A stretch of DNA of 64,000 nucleotides from Rhynchopus sp. YZ270_cl-10 (GCA_964035575.1 OZ037839.1:868001-932000), one strand, 5' to 3'. Positions 1 through 12,318 are shown, counted from the first letter of the stretch. Translations and numbers: made by a program. The notes: a model not told the origin generated them from the sequence alone.

Positions 1-29
1 CTGAAGAAAACATTGAATCCGCGCACCTA

Positions 30-155
30 CCACCTGATTTTTAACCCGCGTATAGGCGCGTAAAGGCCCGTATAGGACCGTATAGGCCAAACCCCACCTA
101 TTTTTCCCAGCCTTTACGCGCCTTTATGCCTTTACGCGGGGTAAAAATCAGGTGG
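30..155. mobile_element. MITE-like element (CCACCTGATTTTTA..CGCG terminal inverted repeats)
   Basis: CCACCTGATTTTTAACCCGCG ... CGCGGGGTAAAAATCAGGTGG; related copies near 23300-23390 and 29650-29802. Confidence 0.65.
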
Positions 156-539
156 AACTAGCAGTAAACCAAAGTGTATGTGTAAGCAAAGGTGGGAGTG
201 GGTTAACGTTGCGTCGAAGGGGGGGAGTCTCGGATCGGGGGGATGAACTGCATTGGCCAGCCTGCAGTGCACACCTCCCGCCCCCCCCTCTTTACTGTGG
301 TACATCGATAGATCGATATATGGTAAAAACAAAAGAAAAGGCAGAGCAGATGAATGAGTCTCTCACGACACACATATCTTCTGAGGGAACGAAAGAAAGG
401 TTATTTTTTTTTTGTAACAGGGGAGGTTTTTTTTTTTTTTTTTTGAAAACTTGGTTGTTTTAGTGTACACGGTGGAGTCTACCCGGGGGGGAGTTACTCT
501 TTTGGGGTGTCGGATTAGGGGGACTCCATAGTCCCCCTA

Positions 540-1248
540 GGCATACACTCGATGCGAGTCGCATTATCGCATTATCGCACAACTCTGGTCTGGCGAAAAA
601 TTATCGCACAATTATCGCACATTATCGCACTATTATCGCACGTTCTCGCACGGTTCTCCGTGGTCAAGTACGTGGAAAATACACTTCCCTCAACGCTTTT
701 TTTATGTTTTCGGGTCATTTTTAACTGTAAGGGAGACTCCCGAGAAGAAAACCTGTAATTTTCAACAAAACACGACGCCCATATACCCACAGCAACACAG
801 TACACAGTACACAGTACACAGTACACAGTACACAGTACACAGTACACAGTACACAGTACACAGTACACAGTACACAGTACACAGTACACAGTACACAGTA
901 CACAGTACACAGTACACAGTACACAGTACACAGTACACAGTACACAGTACACAGTACACAGTACACAGTACACAGTACACAGTACACAGTACACAGTACA
1001 CAGTACACAGCGGTTAGAGGGGTTGGGGTGTTGGGGGATACGGGAAAATGGGGTTACTTCATCTATTTTGCGACAGAAACTTCCCCTGGACACTACATGT
1101 CCCCAAAAACGAAACACAGGCCAGGCCTTCCCTTGTACCAAAATCCTCTACGTGTGCGATAATGATTATCGCATGCGATAATGGTGCGATAATGGTGTGC
1201 GATAATGCGATAATGATTATCGCATGCGACTCGCATCGAGTGTATGCC
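540..1248. mobile_element. Inner nested TIR element
   Basis: TA|GGCATACACTCGATGCGAGTCGCAT ... ATGCGACTCGCATCGAGTGTATGCC|TA, with subterminal TTATCGCA/TGCGATAA repeats. Confidence 0.7.
795..1010. repeat. (ACACAGT)n 7-bp microsatellite, about 31 units
   Basis: Perfect tandem repeat. Confidence 0.97.
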
Positions 1249-1668
1249 TAGGGGGACTCTTTGAGTCCCCCTTTAAGTCCCCCCCAAAGAGTAACTCCCC
1301 CCCGGGTAGACTCCACCGTGTAGACACCCGAAGATGGACTCCACTATTTATTTTTGAAAAGACCTGAAGAGGACAAAAAAAACAGTCAAAAGATGAGGAT
1401 GTCTCGCACACACATCTAGACAAAAAAATAAGAACAAGAGAAGAGGGAAGAGGGAGGGGGAAGAACGCCACACAGGGTTTTCTATGTGTGTTTGAAAATA
1501 GGTGTGGGTTACACAAACAAAACAGAACCCCATTGAGTTGGGGCGTGTTCTTTTGCATATCGGGTTCTGTACAAAAACACTGTGTAAAAAAAGGGGGAGG
1601 GGGGCTTTAAAGAGGAACCGACTGTAATAATCCAAATGGAAATGAATTTGAATCGAGGTTGGCATCAG

Positions 1669-3489
1669 ACTTTGTAGTCCCCCTGAATCCGCCAAAAAAA
1701 ATTCCACCAAGACCCAAGACGGACTTGAGGTGGACTTTTGACTGAGTCCGCCCAGACTCGGAATTTTGACCGGGTCCGCCATAGTCCGTCTCAATTCCGC
1801 CAAAACTCGGGAGGACTTGAGGCCGACTTGAGATGGACTATGGCGGAAGAGGAAGACTCAGTCAAAATTCCGCCTCAAGTCCGTCTCGGGTCTTTGTGGG
1901 ATTTTTTTTTTTTTTTTTTTTGGCGGACTCCGAGCAGGGCTCTCGCCAATCACCCCTTTTGGCCAAAATGGGGGGTGATTTGGGGTCCCCGAGCTTTCCC
2001 CCCGTAAAAGCGGTCGCGCGCGCGCTTCGCGCGCGCGACTCCCTGCCAGTGCAGGGAGGCGAGGCGCTTTCTCCCCTCGTTTGGGGTCAGCTTGTTTTTA
2101 TGCCCAAAAATTTTTTCAGCACTGCTGACCAGGGACATTGGGAACATAGGGAACTGTGTGTACGTGCTTTTTTTTTTTGCGGAGCAAAAAAAATAATACA
2201 AAATGGCGCCGCAGGCGAAAAAAAAATAAGGTACGGTGTAAAAAGCTAGCTTTTACATCACATACTCACTCAACGAAACCTTTTTTGCGGAGCAAAAAAG
2301 GAAAAATGGCGCCGCAGGCAAAAAAAAATTGAGATACAGACTGGATGATGCGGTCAGCAACCCAGTTCCCCATGGTACTCCCGTGGTTCAACCCTGGGAT
2401 TTTTTTTTTTTTTTTTTTGGAGGGGTGATCCGAAACCCGGATCACCACGTATTACCTTCCACATGTGGGACGTGTGATTTTCCATACGTGAATTAATTTT
2501 GATTTTTCCCTACGTGTGATTTCCCATACGTGGAAATCATACGTGTTTTTTATTATTTTTTTTTAGTTTTGTTCATACTTGTAGCTAACTAGCCGTGGTA
2601 CGTGGCGATTTTTTTAGCCAAAAGAAAGGAAAAAATCGGCCGGAAATAAATTTCCCTCCGGCAATAAATTTCCTTCCAGGATATGCACCTGGGAACTGGG
2701 TTGCATCCTGTACCTTAATTTTTTTTGCCTGCGGCGCCATTTTTCCTTTTTTGCTCCGCAAAAAGGGTTCGTTTGGTGTCAATAGCCATATTCGTACACC
2801 GTACTCTAATTTTTTTTCGCCTTCGGCGCCATAAAAAAAAAATGCAGTTCCCTATCAGGGGTCGCGCTGGATTACTACCGACTACCGTAGATTTTGGTGA
2901 TTTTGCTCGGTACGTTTTTCCTTGCTAAAACCAGAATCTCATATTTCATGTAAGTGTGTTTTTACACGCACATGCGACCTCACCGTGGAGAGCATCCGGC
3001 TCGCGCAATCAAAAGAAAGCAGGGAAAAGGGAAAAGGGAAAAGAAAAGGCAAAAGTTGGGCACCGTGCGCCTGCGGCGCTACCTGTTCCCAGTCAAAACA
3101 CCACAATTTCATGGTTTTCAGACCTGAAAATGACCATTGTTTGCGAGTATGGGTTCATATTTTGCGGAAATTTAAATCACCAAAATTTTGTACATATGAG
3201 CGGAGATGCCCCGCCAACGTACGGGGCCGAAAGCTCGGAATGGGTTTACCGGGCCACATATGAGCCGAGATGCCCCGCCAACGTGCGGGGCCGAAAGCTC
3301 GGAATGGGTTTTTTTTTTTTTTTTTAAATTTAGTGTCCCATACGTGTCCCATACGTATTAAATTTCAGAAGCTCCCCCAATGGTAACCACTGCGGATCAC
3401 CCCTCTTTTTTAAAAAAAAATTTTTTTTGGGTGATTTAAAACCCGATCACCCCCCGGCGAGAGCCATGGACTCAGGGGGACTACAAAGT
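1669..3489. mobile_element. TIR element with nested repeats
   Basis: 18-bp inverted ends ACTTTGTAGTCCCCCTGA / TCAGGGGGACTACAAAGT; inner inverted pair GAGGGGTGATCCG (about 2420) / CGGATCACCCCTC (about 3393); several CGCCTGCGGCG motifs. Confidence 0.55.
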
Positions 3490-4851
3490 ATGTGACATCT
3501 TAGAAAAACAAATTCAAATCGGAACCAGCTTTTAACGTTTTAACGGGGATTGATAAGCTGAACTGCCCTGCGAGATGGTGGTACGCTCTTCCCCTGATCT
3601 CTGTTGGGGCTGCTACATTTATCTTTTAAAAAGAGCGGCACCAGTGCGGACAAACATGGTTCATCCTTTAGTGTCCGCATGCAAAAAAAATTGGTTGAAT
3701 CAATGGTGTGGTTGAGCCCACCAAAGATACACTTTGTAGACTTCTAGTGGAGTTATATTAGAGGCAGAAAATAGGTGGTTTCAGCCACACCAAGCAAAAC
3801 AAAAAAATGTTTTCGAATCATGAACAATCAAGGAGGGGGGTGGGGGGGTTGGGTTCTTGACAAATCGGCTCAACACAGCCTGCCCCTCCTCCATTGCAGA
3901 CCAAATCGAAACAGAACGTTTAAAATGCTCGAGAAATTCGTTACGCTTTGCTTGTTGCTCAAAAGACTATAAACGGGAGGGGGGAAAATGAAGGTTGTTT
4001 TGTTGTTCGCTTCCAAATTGATAACGGTGAATATGCAGACTTACGGTTTGAATGCGTTTGCCTGAAGAACAGAAAATGTTCTGGAGCACAGGGGGGGGAA
4101 AGAGAAGGGGGAAACAAGCGGGGCGGTGCGGAATGCGCGAATTTTCATGAGGGTCTCGAGCATTTCGTCGAATACTATGTGTTTACTGAATATAATATGC
4201 TTGTGTCTCCTTCTTTTTGATCGTTCTTGTTTTGCATTGATGCATCCACAGTTTTAAAAAAATAGGGGTAAGGACAGCCTGGTCCCCCCAGGTATGACTG
4301 TTGGACAGTTCAGAACCACACATGGTTTTATCGTTAACCTTGTGGTTCTGAACTGTCCAAAAAGTCAAACCTGTGGGTACCAGACTGTCCTCACCCCTAA
4401 AAAATATCATACAATTCGTATTTTCCGAATTTCCCAGAAGAAACCTATTGTCTGTGAGGTATGAAGCTGGTGTAGAGCACAGACATGGGGAGGGGGGCTG
4501 TCCATGCGGGAGAGAGGTGAAAAAGGGGGTACAAAAGGAAACAATAGCATTGTCACGTTCTATCGCGACAGAAAACGTTCTTTTGTATATTGCATGTCCC
4601 TAAAAAAGAAGGGGAAAAAGGCTGGCATAAAATCAAGGTGATCTCTCTGCTGAAGGGCGTAGTGCTGGACGCTTTGTGCAGGATTTTTCACGTTCTCACT
4701 GTTCTCAACTGAAATGCCGTCCTTTTTGGAAAAATATTTTGGAACATTAAAAGGGCTGTGGTTTGACTTTAGTCGCAATTGAATACGCCAGCACATCGAA
4801 ATAGGGTAATGTTGAAAAAGCTGCATGATTTTGTTTGGAGGGGGGCTCGGA

Positions 4852-6492
4852 TCACTCCCTTGCGATAGCTGTCACCTGCATGCCATTGACAGAGAGCAGT
4901 AGAGGTGAGATCTTCGGCCTTGGTACAAAGTCATCCGCAACAGTGATGCGGAACTCAGCCATGACAGCCGCCATCAAGGTCTTGGCCTCCATAGCTGCCA
5001 TCTTGCGCCCAAGGCACGTTCTCGGACCAGCATTGAACGCAGGGTACGCAAACCCACGCTCGTCGTACCTCTTGCACTCGCCGCCCTCGTCAATCCACCT
5101 GCGTGGGTCGAACGTAAGCGGGTTCTCGTAGTTCGCAGGGTCACGTCCATGCAGGATCGGTGCGTACACAAGCCCCTCCCCCTTGTGTACAGGTGTCCCG
5201 CAAGGCAGCACGTCGTCCTCCACACAGAACTTGATGTCAATCGGGACAGATGGCCACTTCCGCAGCGTCTCCTGGAACACAGCCTGTGCAAAGTGCATGT
5301 CCTTCACGTCGTCTGTTGACGCAACCTCAGCCTCAAGTGCGGCACGGTGTTTGCTGTTCTCTGCCTGCGACAACTCAAAGAACGCCCACGTCATTGCCGA
5401 CGCAGTTGTGTCGCGGCCGGCAATTGTGAAGTTTGTGATGAAGTCGATGATCTCCTCGTCGTTGTACACTTTCCCCTCGCCGGCACGGTTCGCTTCGTTC
5501 TGTGCCTCAAGAAGCGAAATCAGGTCTGCCGAGTCGCAGTAGCTCTGCCCCGCACCTTCCTGCCGGCGCTCCGCAAGCACGTCACGCACGTAGTTGCGGA
5601 TGGTTGCGAGGGCCGCTGTGGACTGACGTTCGGCACCCATCTGCACCTTCTTCTGGATTTTCCAGAACGGGAAGATGATACGGCCCGTTATCCTGTCCTG
5701 CACACAGTCGAAGGCCTTCTGGAAGTCGACGTCCTTCTGCTCGCCACCCAACGAGTTCACCGCCTTCCCAAACGCAATCTCGTAGATGCAGTCAAACGTA
5801 TAGCACAGCAGCATCTGCTGGATGTCCACCACAGCACCCTTCTTCTCCCGCAGCACCTCGTTGAACTGCACTGCATGGCGCTGGAAGACCTCGCTCATGC
5901 GGTTCTCAAGCTGCCACGAGGTGAAGAGGTGTGCCGATGCACGCCGCTGCGCCTTCCAGCTGGCACCGTCGCTGTTGAAGATCCCATCGCCAAGCGCGTC
6001 GAAGAAGACGCCGTGGAGGAGCGGACCCTTTTCGTAGGCCGCAAAGTTTGTGTCCAACACGTGTCTGATGTTCTCTGTGGAGGAGACGACCACGGCGCTG
6101 AAGGCGGAGAGGGGGAAGTGGAAGGTCTTGAACCCTACTGCTTGCGCACAGTTCAGTGTGTGTGCGAGGAGCGCTTCGGGACCATGCAGAAAGCCATCTT
6201 GCATTATCTCTGCACGACAGGGACCTGGGTATGCGGCCGAGGGGAACAACGGCGGCGAGGTACGCACCTTACGCATGCACGCCCGCAGTACTGAGAAGAG
6301 GCATGCTGCTAGCAAGCACCACCCTAGTACACGTGTCCCCTCAAACGCCAGGCACACCGCAGTCAGCAATGGGAGCCACCCAGCCACCACCACAAACAGC
6401 AGCATTGCACCAACCTTGCGTGCAAGAGAGAACCGTGTTCTGTCCAGGTGGTGCACCCGTGAGGTGTAGTCCATACTGTCTGTAGACACCAT
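4852..6492 (-). CDS. Cytochrome P450 (CYP86/CYP704-clan-like, possibly a fatty-acid hydroxylase)
   Basis: N-terminal hydrophobic anchor, GDGIFNSDG..W...R, I-helix AGRDTT, ExxR (ETLR), FDPRRW, heme motif FNAGPRTCLG; start set at MVSTD. Confidence 0.93.
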   Translation of the reverse strand: MVSTDSMDYTSRVHHLDRTRFSLARKVGAMLLFVVVAGWLPLLTAVCLAFEGTRVLGWCLLAACLFSVLRACMRKVRTSPPLFPSAAYPGPCRAEIMQDGFLHGPEALLAHTLNCAQAVGFKTFHFPLSAFSAVVVSSTENIRHVLDTNFAAYEKGPLLHGVFFDALGDGIFNSDGASWKAQRRASAHLFTSWQLENRMSEVFQRHAVQFNEVLREKKGAVVDIQQMLLCYTFDCIYEIAFGKAVNSLGGEQKDVDFQKAFDCVQDRITGRIIFPFWKIQKKVQMGAERQSTAALATIRNYVRDVLAERRQEGAGQSYCDSADLISLLEAQNEANRAGEGKVYNDEEIIDFITNFTIAGRDTTASAMTWAFFELSQAENSKHRAALEAEVASTDDVKDMHFAQAVFQETLRKWPSVPIDIKFCVEDDVLPCGTPVHKGEGLVYAPILHGRDPANYENPLTFDPRRWIDEGGECKRYDERGFAYPAFNAGPRTCLGRKMAAMEAKTLMAAVMAEFRITVADDFVPRPKISPLLLSVNGMQVTAIARE

Positions 6493-7027
6493 ACTTGGAG
6501 ACCCCCAAAAATATCTTTCAGGAGAGGTGGAATGAAGAGAAAAAAGAGGGGGTAAAAGAGAAAAAGAAGTTGAGAGAGAGAGAGAGAGTGAACTTTTTTT
6601 TTTTGTACAAAGAAACATCGGCAGCTTTTTTATTATTACTACCAAAAAAAAAAAAAACACACAAGGCGTGTGAAATGATTTAAACAATCGCTAGCTTGGC
6701 CACCCCTCCCTCAGCACACCCTCAACCCCCGCATCCTATGTGTCCACACAACACATGGCCACCTTTTATAGTGGCTGTATTCTGAGAATTGCCTATCATA
6801 ATTCATGCACACCACAACACAGCTATGCATTGCCATATTCGTACAAATTATCGACCGTAATGATGTTCGGACCTTTTTTCAGGATTTTTCTGGAAGTTGG
6901 ACCTTTTTTTTTTTTTTTTCGATAATTTTCGTACGAATACGGTACACAATATAGCTGTGCTGTGATGTGTGGTATGCTTTAGAATAAGGAAAATCATCAC
7001 AATACAGCCTACCATTACCCCCTTTTT

Positions 7028-8371
7028 TTACCCTTCTTTTTCTTCCCCTCTTTTTCGTTTTAGCGTACGCGGCTGGGCGCGATCCGTACCGTTTTGTCTC
7101 TTTGTGGTCACAGCCCCTCCCCCTCCTCCTCCTACTCCTCCTCCTCCCCCTCCTCCCCCTCCTCCCGCTTTCTTTTCTATTGATTCCTGCACCGTACGGT
7201 ATCTCCTCAGGAGTGCGGGGATGTTGTTAATACAATGCGCCATATGCCCAAAGGCCTCAAAATTCCCTCCTGTAGTGAGGAACGCCGTAGAGGAGGTCGT
7301 ACGGGAGAGCGCACGGAGCGCATTGACCGCTCGCGGCACGGCGTCGCGCCTGCCTGCGGTCTTCCCCCCTTCCTCCCTGCCATCGACGACCAGCGCCTGC
7401 GCTGTCTTCGCAAGAAACATTTTCCGAAGCGTGGTCCGCAGACGTTGCGACAGACGGTGATGTTTCCAGATAGGGTCGGCATGGGTTGCTGCAAGGTACA
7501 GCCCCGCGGCCGCTTCATTCCACAACGGAAAATGCACCAGACCTGCATTAAAAGGCGGCGGATCGACTGTCAACATCACCTCCACAATACGTATGGCTAC
7601 TGCCGCAATTTCTGCTAGCTTTGCTTCGCTCACCTTTTCAGACTTTCCCTCCAACCGCTCCAACACCTCGTCATATGATGCATCTCTCCCCTGCTCCGCC
7701 CCGAGAAGCGATCGAAGTGGTTCCTCCCGCAACGTGGTTGCAAACTCCCCTTCAAGCTCAGCAAGAAACGTTGCGCCTTTGGCTTCATTGGTCGACAAAT
7801 CTTCGCTGCGCATTTGGGTGATCAGCTTGCCTACCATCCGAGGTGATGAACCACTCTTTTCACATATATCCTTTGCCGTAATACCTAAACGAAGTTTAAA
7901 TGCCGTCAGCGCTACGCACGAAGACGCTACAACTTTGGAAGAAGCATCCCCACGCCAGCTGGAAGAGATGATAAAGACGTAGAGCTTGGTTTTGCGGGAG
8001 GTCAGCTCTTTGAGGTATTTGACGGCGGTGAGGTTCTGGGCCTCGTTCATGTGGAGGGAAAGAGTGAGGCGGCCGACTTCGTCGTAGATTTCGGTAAGGC
8101 GTTGTGCAAAGCGTTCTTTGCGGTCGTTGTCTTGCTTCGTATCTGTGGCAATGTGTGTCCATCCGCGCATTTGAGTGTTGTCCCAAGTGCCGTCATCGTT
8201 ATATTCCGCAAAAATATCCCGTTCAGGCCCCTCCACCCCAACAATAGCCGAGCTCTGCCCGATATAACCACACACAGTGCACGCCAGCTCGTTGACCCCA
8301 TCTGCCAGCCAGGTCAGCTCAAACACCCCATCGCACCCCGGCTGGAGACAACGTTGTGATACAGGGTTCAT
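7028..8371 (-). CDS. TFIIB/BRF-like transcription initiation factor (Zn ribbon + cyclin fold)
   Basis: C-x4-C...CTVCG zinc ribbon followed by cyclin-like KVVASSCVALTAFKLRLGITAKDIC; Gly-rich and basic C-terminus. Confidence 0.7.
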   Translation of the reverse strand: MNPVSQRCLQPGCDGVFELTWLADGVNELACTVCGYIGQSSAIVGVEGPERDIFAEYNDDGTWDNTQMRGWTHIATDTKQDNDRKERFAQRLTEIYDEVGRLTLSLHMNEAQNLTAVKYLKELTSRKTKLYVFIISSSWRGDASSKVVASSCVALTAFKLRLGITAKDICEKSGSSPRMVGKLITQMRSEDLSTNEAKGATFLAELEGEFATTLREEPLRSLLGAEQGRDASYDEVLERLEGKSEKVSEAKLAEIAAVAIRIVEVMLTVDPPPFNAGLVHFPLWNEAAAGLYLAATHADPIWKHHRLSQRLRTTLRKMFLAKTAQALVVDGREEGGKTAGRRDAVPRAVNALRALSRTTSSTAFLTTGGNFEAFGHMAHCINNIPALLRRYRTVQESIEKKAGGGGGGGGGGVGGGGGGAVTTKRQNGTDRAQPRTLKRKRGEEKEG

Positions 8372-8773
8372 GGAGTGGTGCTTACCTGAGGGGGGAGCAA
8401 GGGTGGGTGGGGAGGGGAGGGGGAAGGGGTGTGTGGAGCGGGGGTGTCTAAGATTGAGGGGAAAAGGGTGGGGGAAGCTTTCAGTCTTCAAATATAAAGC
8501 CCTCTCGTGACAGTGTACCTTGGTGGACCCAAAAAAGTAAAAAGGGGGCGTTTTTGTGTCCTTCCACACTGACCCCAAAAAGGTAAGCTAACAAGGTCAG
8601 GCTAGAGTCAACCCCAACAGGGTCTTCTTTCCCGTTGTGCATGAAGAGGTTGCTGTGCTGGCACTGTGGTGTCGGTCTTCAGGGAATGCGGCAGAGGCAG
8701 GGATGCGGAAGACGGTTTCGGGGGTGGAGAGATGCAGGGCAATGTGTGCAGGTGTGTGGCTGCTGGCTGCTCG

Positions 8774-9739
8774 TCATTCGTTCATGGAGTGCCTCCGTCG
8801 CTTGTGGGATTCCTCGGGAGACGCGTATCTGGTGCGTTTCGGACGTTCTTCAACTACAAACTCCTTCAGATTGCTCTGCCTGACTTCGTTGTCCACAACA
8901 TCGCTGCAGCCTGAGAGGTAGATGCGCCTCAACGAAGTGCAGTTTTCAACGAAGTACAAACCCACTCGGGTAACATTTCTGAGTGGCGAGAAGTCAACTG
9001 CTGTCAGGCTGGTACAGCCTAAAAGAAAGAACCGACCGATCTGCGTAGCCTTATCGAATGGTGTCAAGTGTAGGGTCGACAAACTCACGCAGTGGGAAAG
9101 AAAGCTGTCACTGATGCAACCAACACCGCTGAGTGGTGTCAAATCCACTTCCTTTAAACCTCTGCAATTGGAAAGAAAGTGCCTGCCAATCTGCGTGAGG
9201 CAGAGTCCTGACCAGTTTAGTGTTGTTAAGCTTTGGCAGTTGAATAGAAAGTTTTTATCAATCTTCGTAAGACTGCTCAACCCAGAGAGATCGACGCTTG
9301 TCAATGTTCGACAATTATAGAGAAAGTTTTCTCGGATCTCCTTCACACCAGACACAGCAGAGAGATCAAGTGCAGTTAACGATGTCCCGTATAGGAAGCC
9401 CATCGGAATAACAGTCGCAACTCCTGCCTGAAGAAGCAAACAGGCCACCTCAGGATCCCTCGCCATCAGCAACGTCTCTGCTGCGATCTCTTCGACACCA
9501 AACGCATGAAGTCTTGTGATGGCTTCGTATTTCGTCGTTTTCGTCAACACGACTGTGTCTCCAGCACTCAGTTCTGTGATGTCCTCTCCTTCCTCCTTCC
9601 CTCCGAAGCCCATGCGGAAGCTGTCTTCGCACAACCCTGTTGCAGACGCCACCTTCTGCCGCATCGTCTCCGTTGTGTCCTTCTCACCCACCTCAATCAC
9701 GTACTCCTCCTCTCCAAAACCCTGAACAGTTAGTTCCAT
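8774..9739 (-). CDS. UBL + BspA-like LRR protein, divergent paralogue 1
   Basis: MELTVQG..EVGEKDTTETMRQKV ubiquitin-like N-terminus, then about 6-7 heterogeneous LxxVDLSxLxxxxxIxxxFLxxC repeats. Confidence 0.85.
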   Translation of the reverse strand: MELTVQGFGEEEYVIEVGEKDTTETMRQKVASATGLCEDSFRMGFGGKEEGEDITELSAGDTVVLTKTTKYEAITRLHAFGVEEIAAETLLMARDPEVACLLLQAGVATVIPMGFLYGTSLTALDLSAVSGVKEIRENFLYNCRTLTSVDLSGLSSLTKIDKNFLFNCQSLTTLNWSGLCLTQIGRHFLSNCRGLKEVDLTPLSGVGCISDSFLSHCVSLSTLHLTPFDKATQIGRFFLLGCTSLTAVDFSPLRNVTRVGLYFVENCTSLRRIYLSGCSDVVDNEVRQSNLKEFVVEERPKRTRYASPEESHKRRRHSMNE

Positions 9740-9859
9740 TTCTGTGTGTCGCTCTGTTTTGTGGGGGTTGAGGGAGCAAGCATCTGCAACTACGATTTCT
9801 CCTTGAGTACCGTACGAGAGGAACACTGCTTCAAATCAAAAAACAAAAAAAAAACCAAT

Positions 9860-9982
9860 CTCTGCTTTGCGGGGTATGGAGCTTGCAATGGATGATATCT
9901 AAACCTATCACTGAGTATCGATTGGTGGACAAGTCTGGTGCCAGCACCCGCGGTAATTCCAGCACCAATAGCGTATATGTTA
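9860..9982 (+). pseudogene. 18S rRNA gene fragment (about 120 bp)
   Basis: GATTGGTGGACAAGTCTGGTGCCAGCACCCGCGGTAATTCCAGCACCAATAGCGTATA is the conserved SSU 515F/530-loop region; rest of the rDNA is absent; 5' limit approximate. Confidence 0.88.
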
Positions 9983-12318
9983 GAGGGTGGGCGTGTTTTC
10001 CTAGAATTTGACGGACGTAGCTCGTAGAACCCAACGAGGAATGAGAAAAAAGGATAATATTGTGGCGAAATTATAAAAGTAGCGCACCGTGCGCCTGCGG
10101 CGCAAGCTTACCGTAAATTGCATGACATAGGTACTGGGTACTCACCCAAAAAAGTGGACGGCATCTAAAAATGTCCGCCTGCGGCGCGGCAGCCCTTGAC
10201 CCAGTTTCCCCCTTGTCTTGTTCAGTCGGCAGGATCACTTGGCCCATCACCATACACTGATGTTGACCAAAAGCCAAGAACATGTCATTTCGTCAAATTG
10301 ACCCCCACCACAGCGCGGACGGATCCCAAAAACTCCACAAACTAGCTTCTCCAGGTCTTTCGCGCGCGAATCGCGCGAAGAACGTTTTCTGCCTCACCCC
10401 CCTAAGGTCAAAAAAACCGGTTCCTAAAAAAAACTCTGAAAAAAACAAAACAAAAAAAATATTATTGAGATGAACCTACCGGGAGTGAAAAATACGGAAG
10501 TAACAAAGTGGAATGGCATGAAGCATGCAAGCGGAATGTGAAGTGATGTGAAGTGAAGGAAAGAGAGTTGAAGTGAAGGACACGCAGAGAGCACAAGAGG
10601 AACTGTGCCCTTGATCCGACCCCAAAGAAGTGTCCAATGAAGGTGGGTGGTACAGTGGGGATGATTTCTTGCTCACTCAACAAAACACTACTCGACCCGC
10701 CCAAACACACAGAATAATCCTAACACCCCAATTCCCACTCCCGCTTTCTTCACTGCCCCTAAAAACCAACGTCACCTAGTCTGCTGCGTACAACGTTGCT
10801 ACACTTGTCCATTCCGTCGACTTTAGACAACATTTTGCAGTAGGAGAGAAAACTGTAACCAATCGTGGTGACTGCTTGCAGGCCGGTGAAGTCCACTTCC
10901 GACAATGATGTGCAGTTGTAGAGAAAACTGTTACCAATCGTGGTGACTGCTTGCAGGCCGGTGAGGTCCACTTCCGACAATGATGTGCAGTTGTAGAGAA
11001 AAGTGCCACCAATCGTGGTGACTGCTTGCAGGCCGGTGAAGTCAACTTTCGACAACGATGTGCAGTTGTAGAGAAAATTGTTACCAATCGTGGTGACTGC
11101 TTGCAGGCCGGTGAAGTCCACTTCCGACAATGATGTGCAGTTGTCGAGAAAACTGTTACCAATCGTGGTGACTGCTTGCAGGCCGGTGAAGTCCACTTCC
11201 GACAACGATGTGCAGTCGGAGAGAAACCTACCACCAATCGTGGTGACTGCTTGCAGGCCGGTGAAGTCCACTTCCGAAAATGATGTGCAGTTGTAGAGAA
11301 AATTGTTACCAATCGTGGTGACTGCTTGCAGGCCGGTGAAGTCCACTTTCGACAACGATGTGCAGTTGTAGAGAAAATTGTTACCAATCGTGGTGACTGC
11401 TTGCAGGCCGGTGAAGTCCACTTTCGACAACGATGTGCAGTTGTAGAGAAAATTGTTACCAATCGTGGTGACTGCTTGCAGGCCGGTGAAGTCCACTTCC
11501 GACAACGTTGTGCAGTTGTTGAGAAACTCGTCACCAATCGTGGTGACTGCTTGCAGGCCGGCGAAGTCCACTTTCGACAACGATGTGCAGGTGTTGAGAA
11601 AATTGTTACCAATCGTGGTGACTGCTTGCAGGCCGGTGAAGTCCACTTCCGACAACGTTGTGCAGTTGTTGAGAAACCCGCCACCAATCGTGGTGACTGC
11701 TTGCAGGCCGGCGAAGTCCACTTTCGACAACGTTCTGCAGCCGTGGAGAAACCCGCCACCAATCGTGGTGACGCAGGGTAATGCAGGCAGGTGCAGTGTG
11801 ATGCCACAGTTGTCATCCACATTGGGTACGCAACTGAAACCAATGCGCGTTACGTCACTACCTGAGAAGAAGTCTTCTGGAATCTCAGTCGCAACTTCTG
11901 ACTGAAGAAGCAAGCTGGCCACCTTCGGATCCTCCACCTGCTGCAACCTTTCTGCTGGTAAACGTTTTTTAAAAATAGGATGGAGCACCCCGGTCCGAAA
12001 AGGAATGCAGCCACCCCTGGCTTCAGGCTCGCGAACCCAGTATTGCAGTAACACTGGGTCTCACGGGCCAAAAACCGAACAAAGAAAAGGAAAATGTTTG
12101 GGTTCAGCGACAGCGCCAATGGGCTGACGCGAGGCTGAACCAACTTAAAATAAAATAAAAAATCTTGTATCAACTTGAAAAGGAAAAGCAATGAACAGCA
12201 ACAGAGCCATTTGGGCTTACGCGTCGCTATAGTAACTGAAAAACAATGTTTTAAAAACAAGAATGTCGTTGACCAAGATTGAAATACACGAAAAAGGTAA
12301 AATACTAAGAATTGCCTC

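Larger units (their letters stand above)
468..1320. mobile_element. TA-flanked MITE with about 40-bp TIRs, containing a nested element
   Basis: TA|CACGGTGGAGTCTACCCGGGGGGGAGTTACTCTTT...AAAGAGTAACTCCCCCCCGGGTAGACTCCACCGTG|TA. The flanks rejoin to match the uninterrupted repeat at about 29991-30045 (empty site with a single TA). Confidence 0.85.

Noticed and set aside
572..1141. ORFs with (CVLCTVY)n
   Set aside because: Translation of a 7-bp microsatellite.
3194..3312. Hammerhead ribozyme in a duplicated hairpin of about 62 bp containing GAAA
   Set aside because: No CUGANGA core in the right position; recorded only as a short tandem duplication.
10776..11843. Alternate-frame ORF (WTSPACKQSPRLV)n in LRR genes
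   Set aside because: By-product of a stop-free 75-bp repeat; interrupted in paralogue 3.
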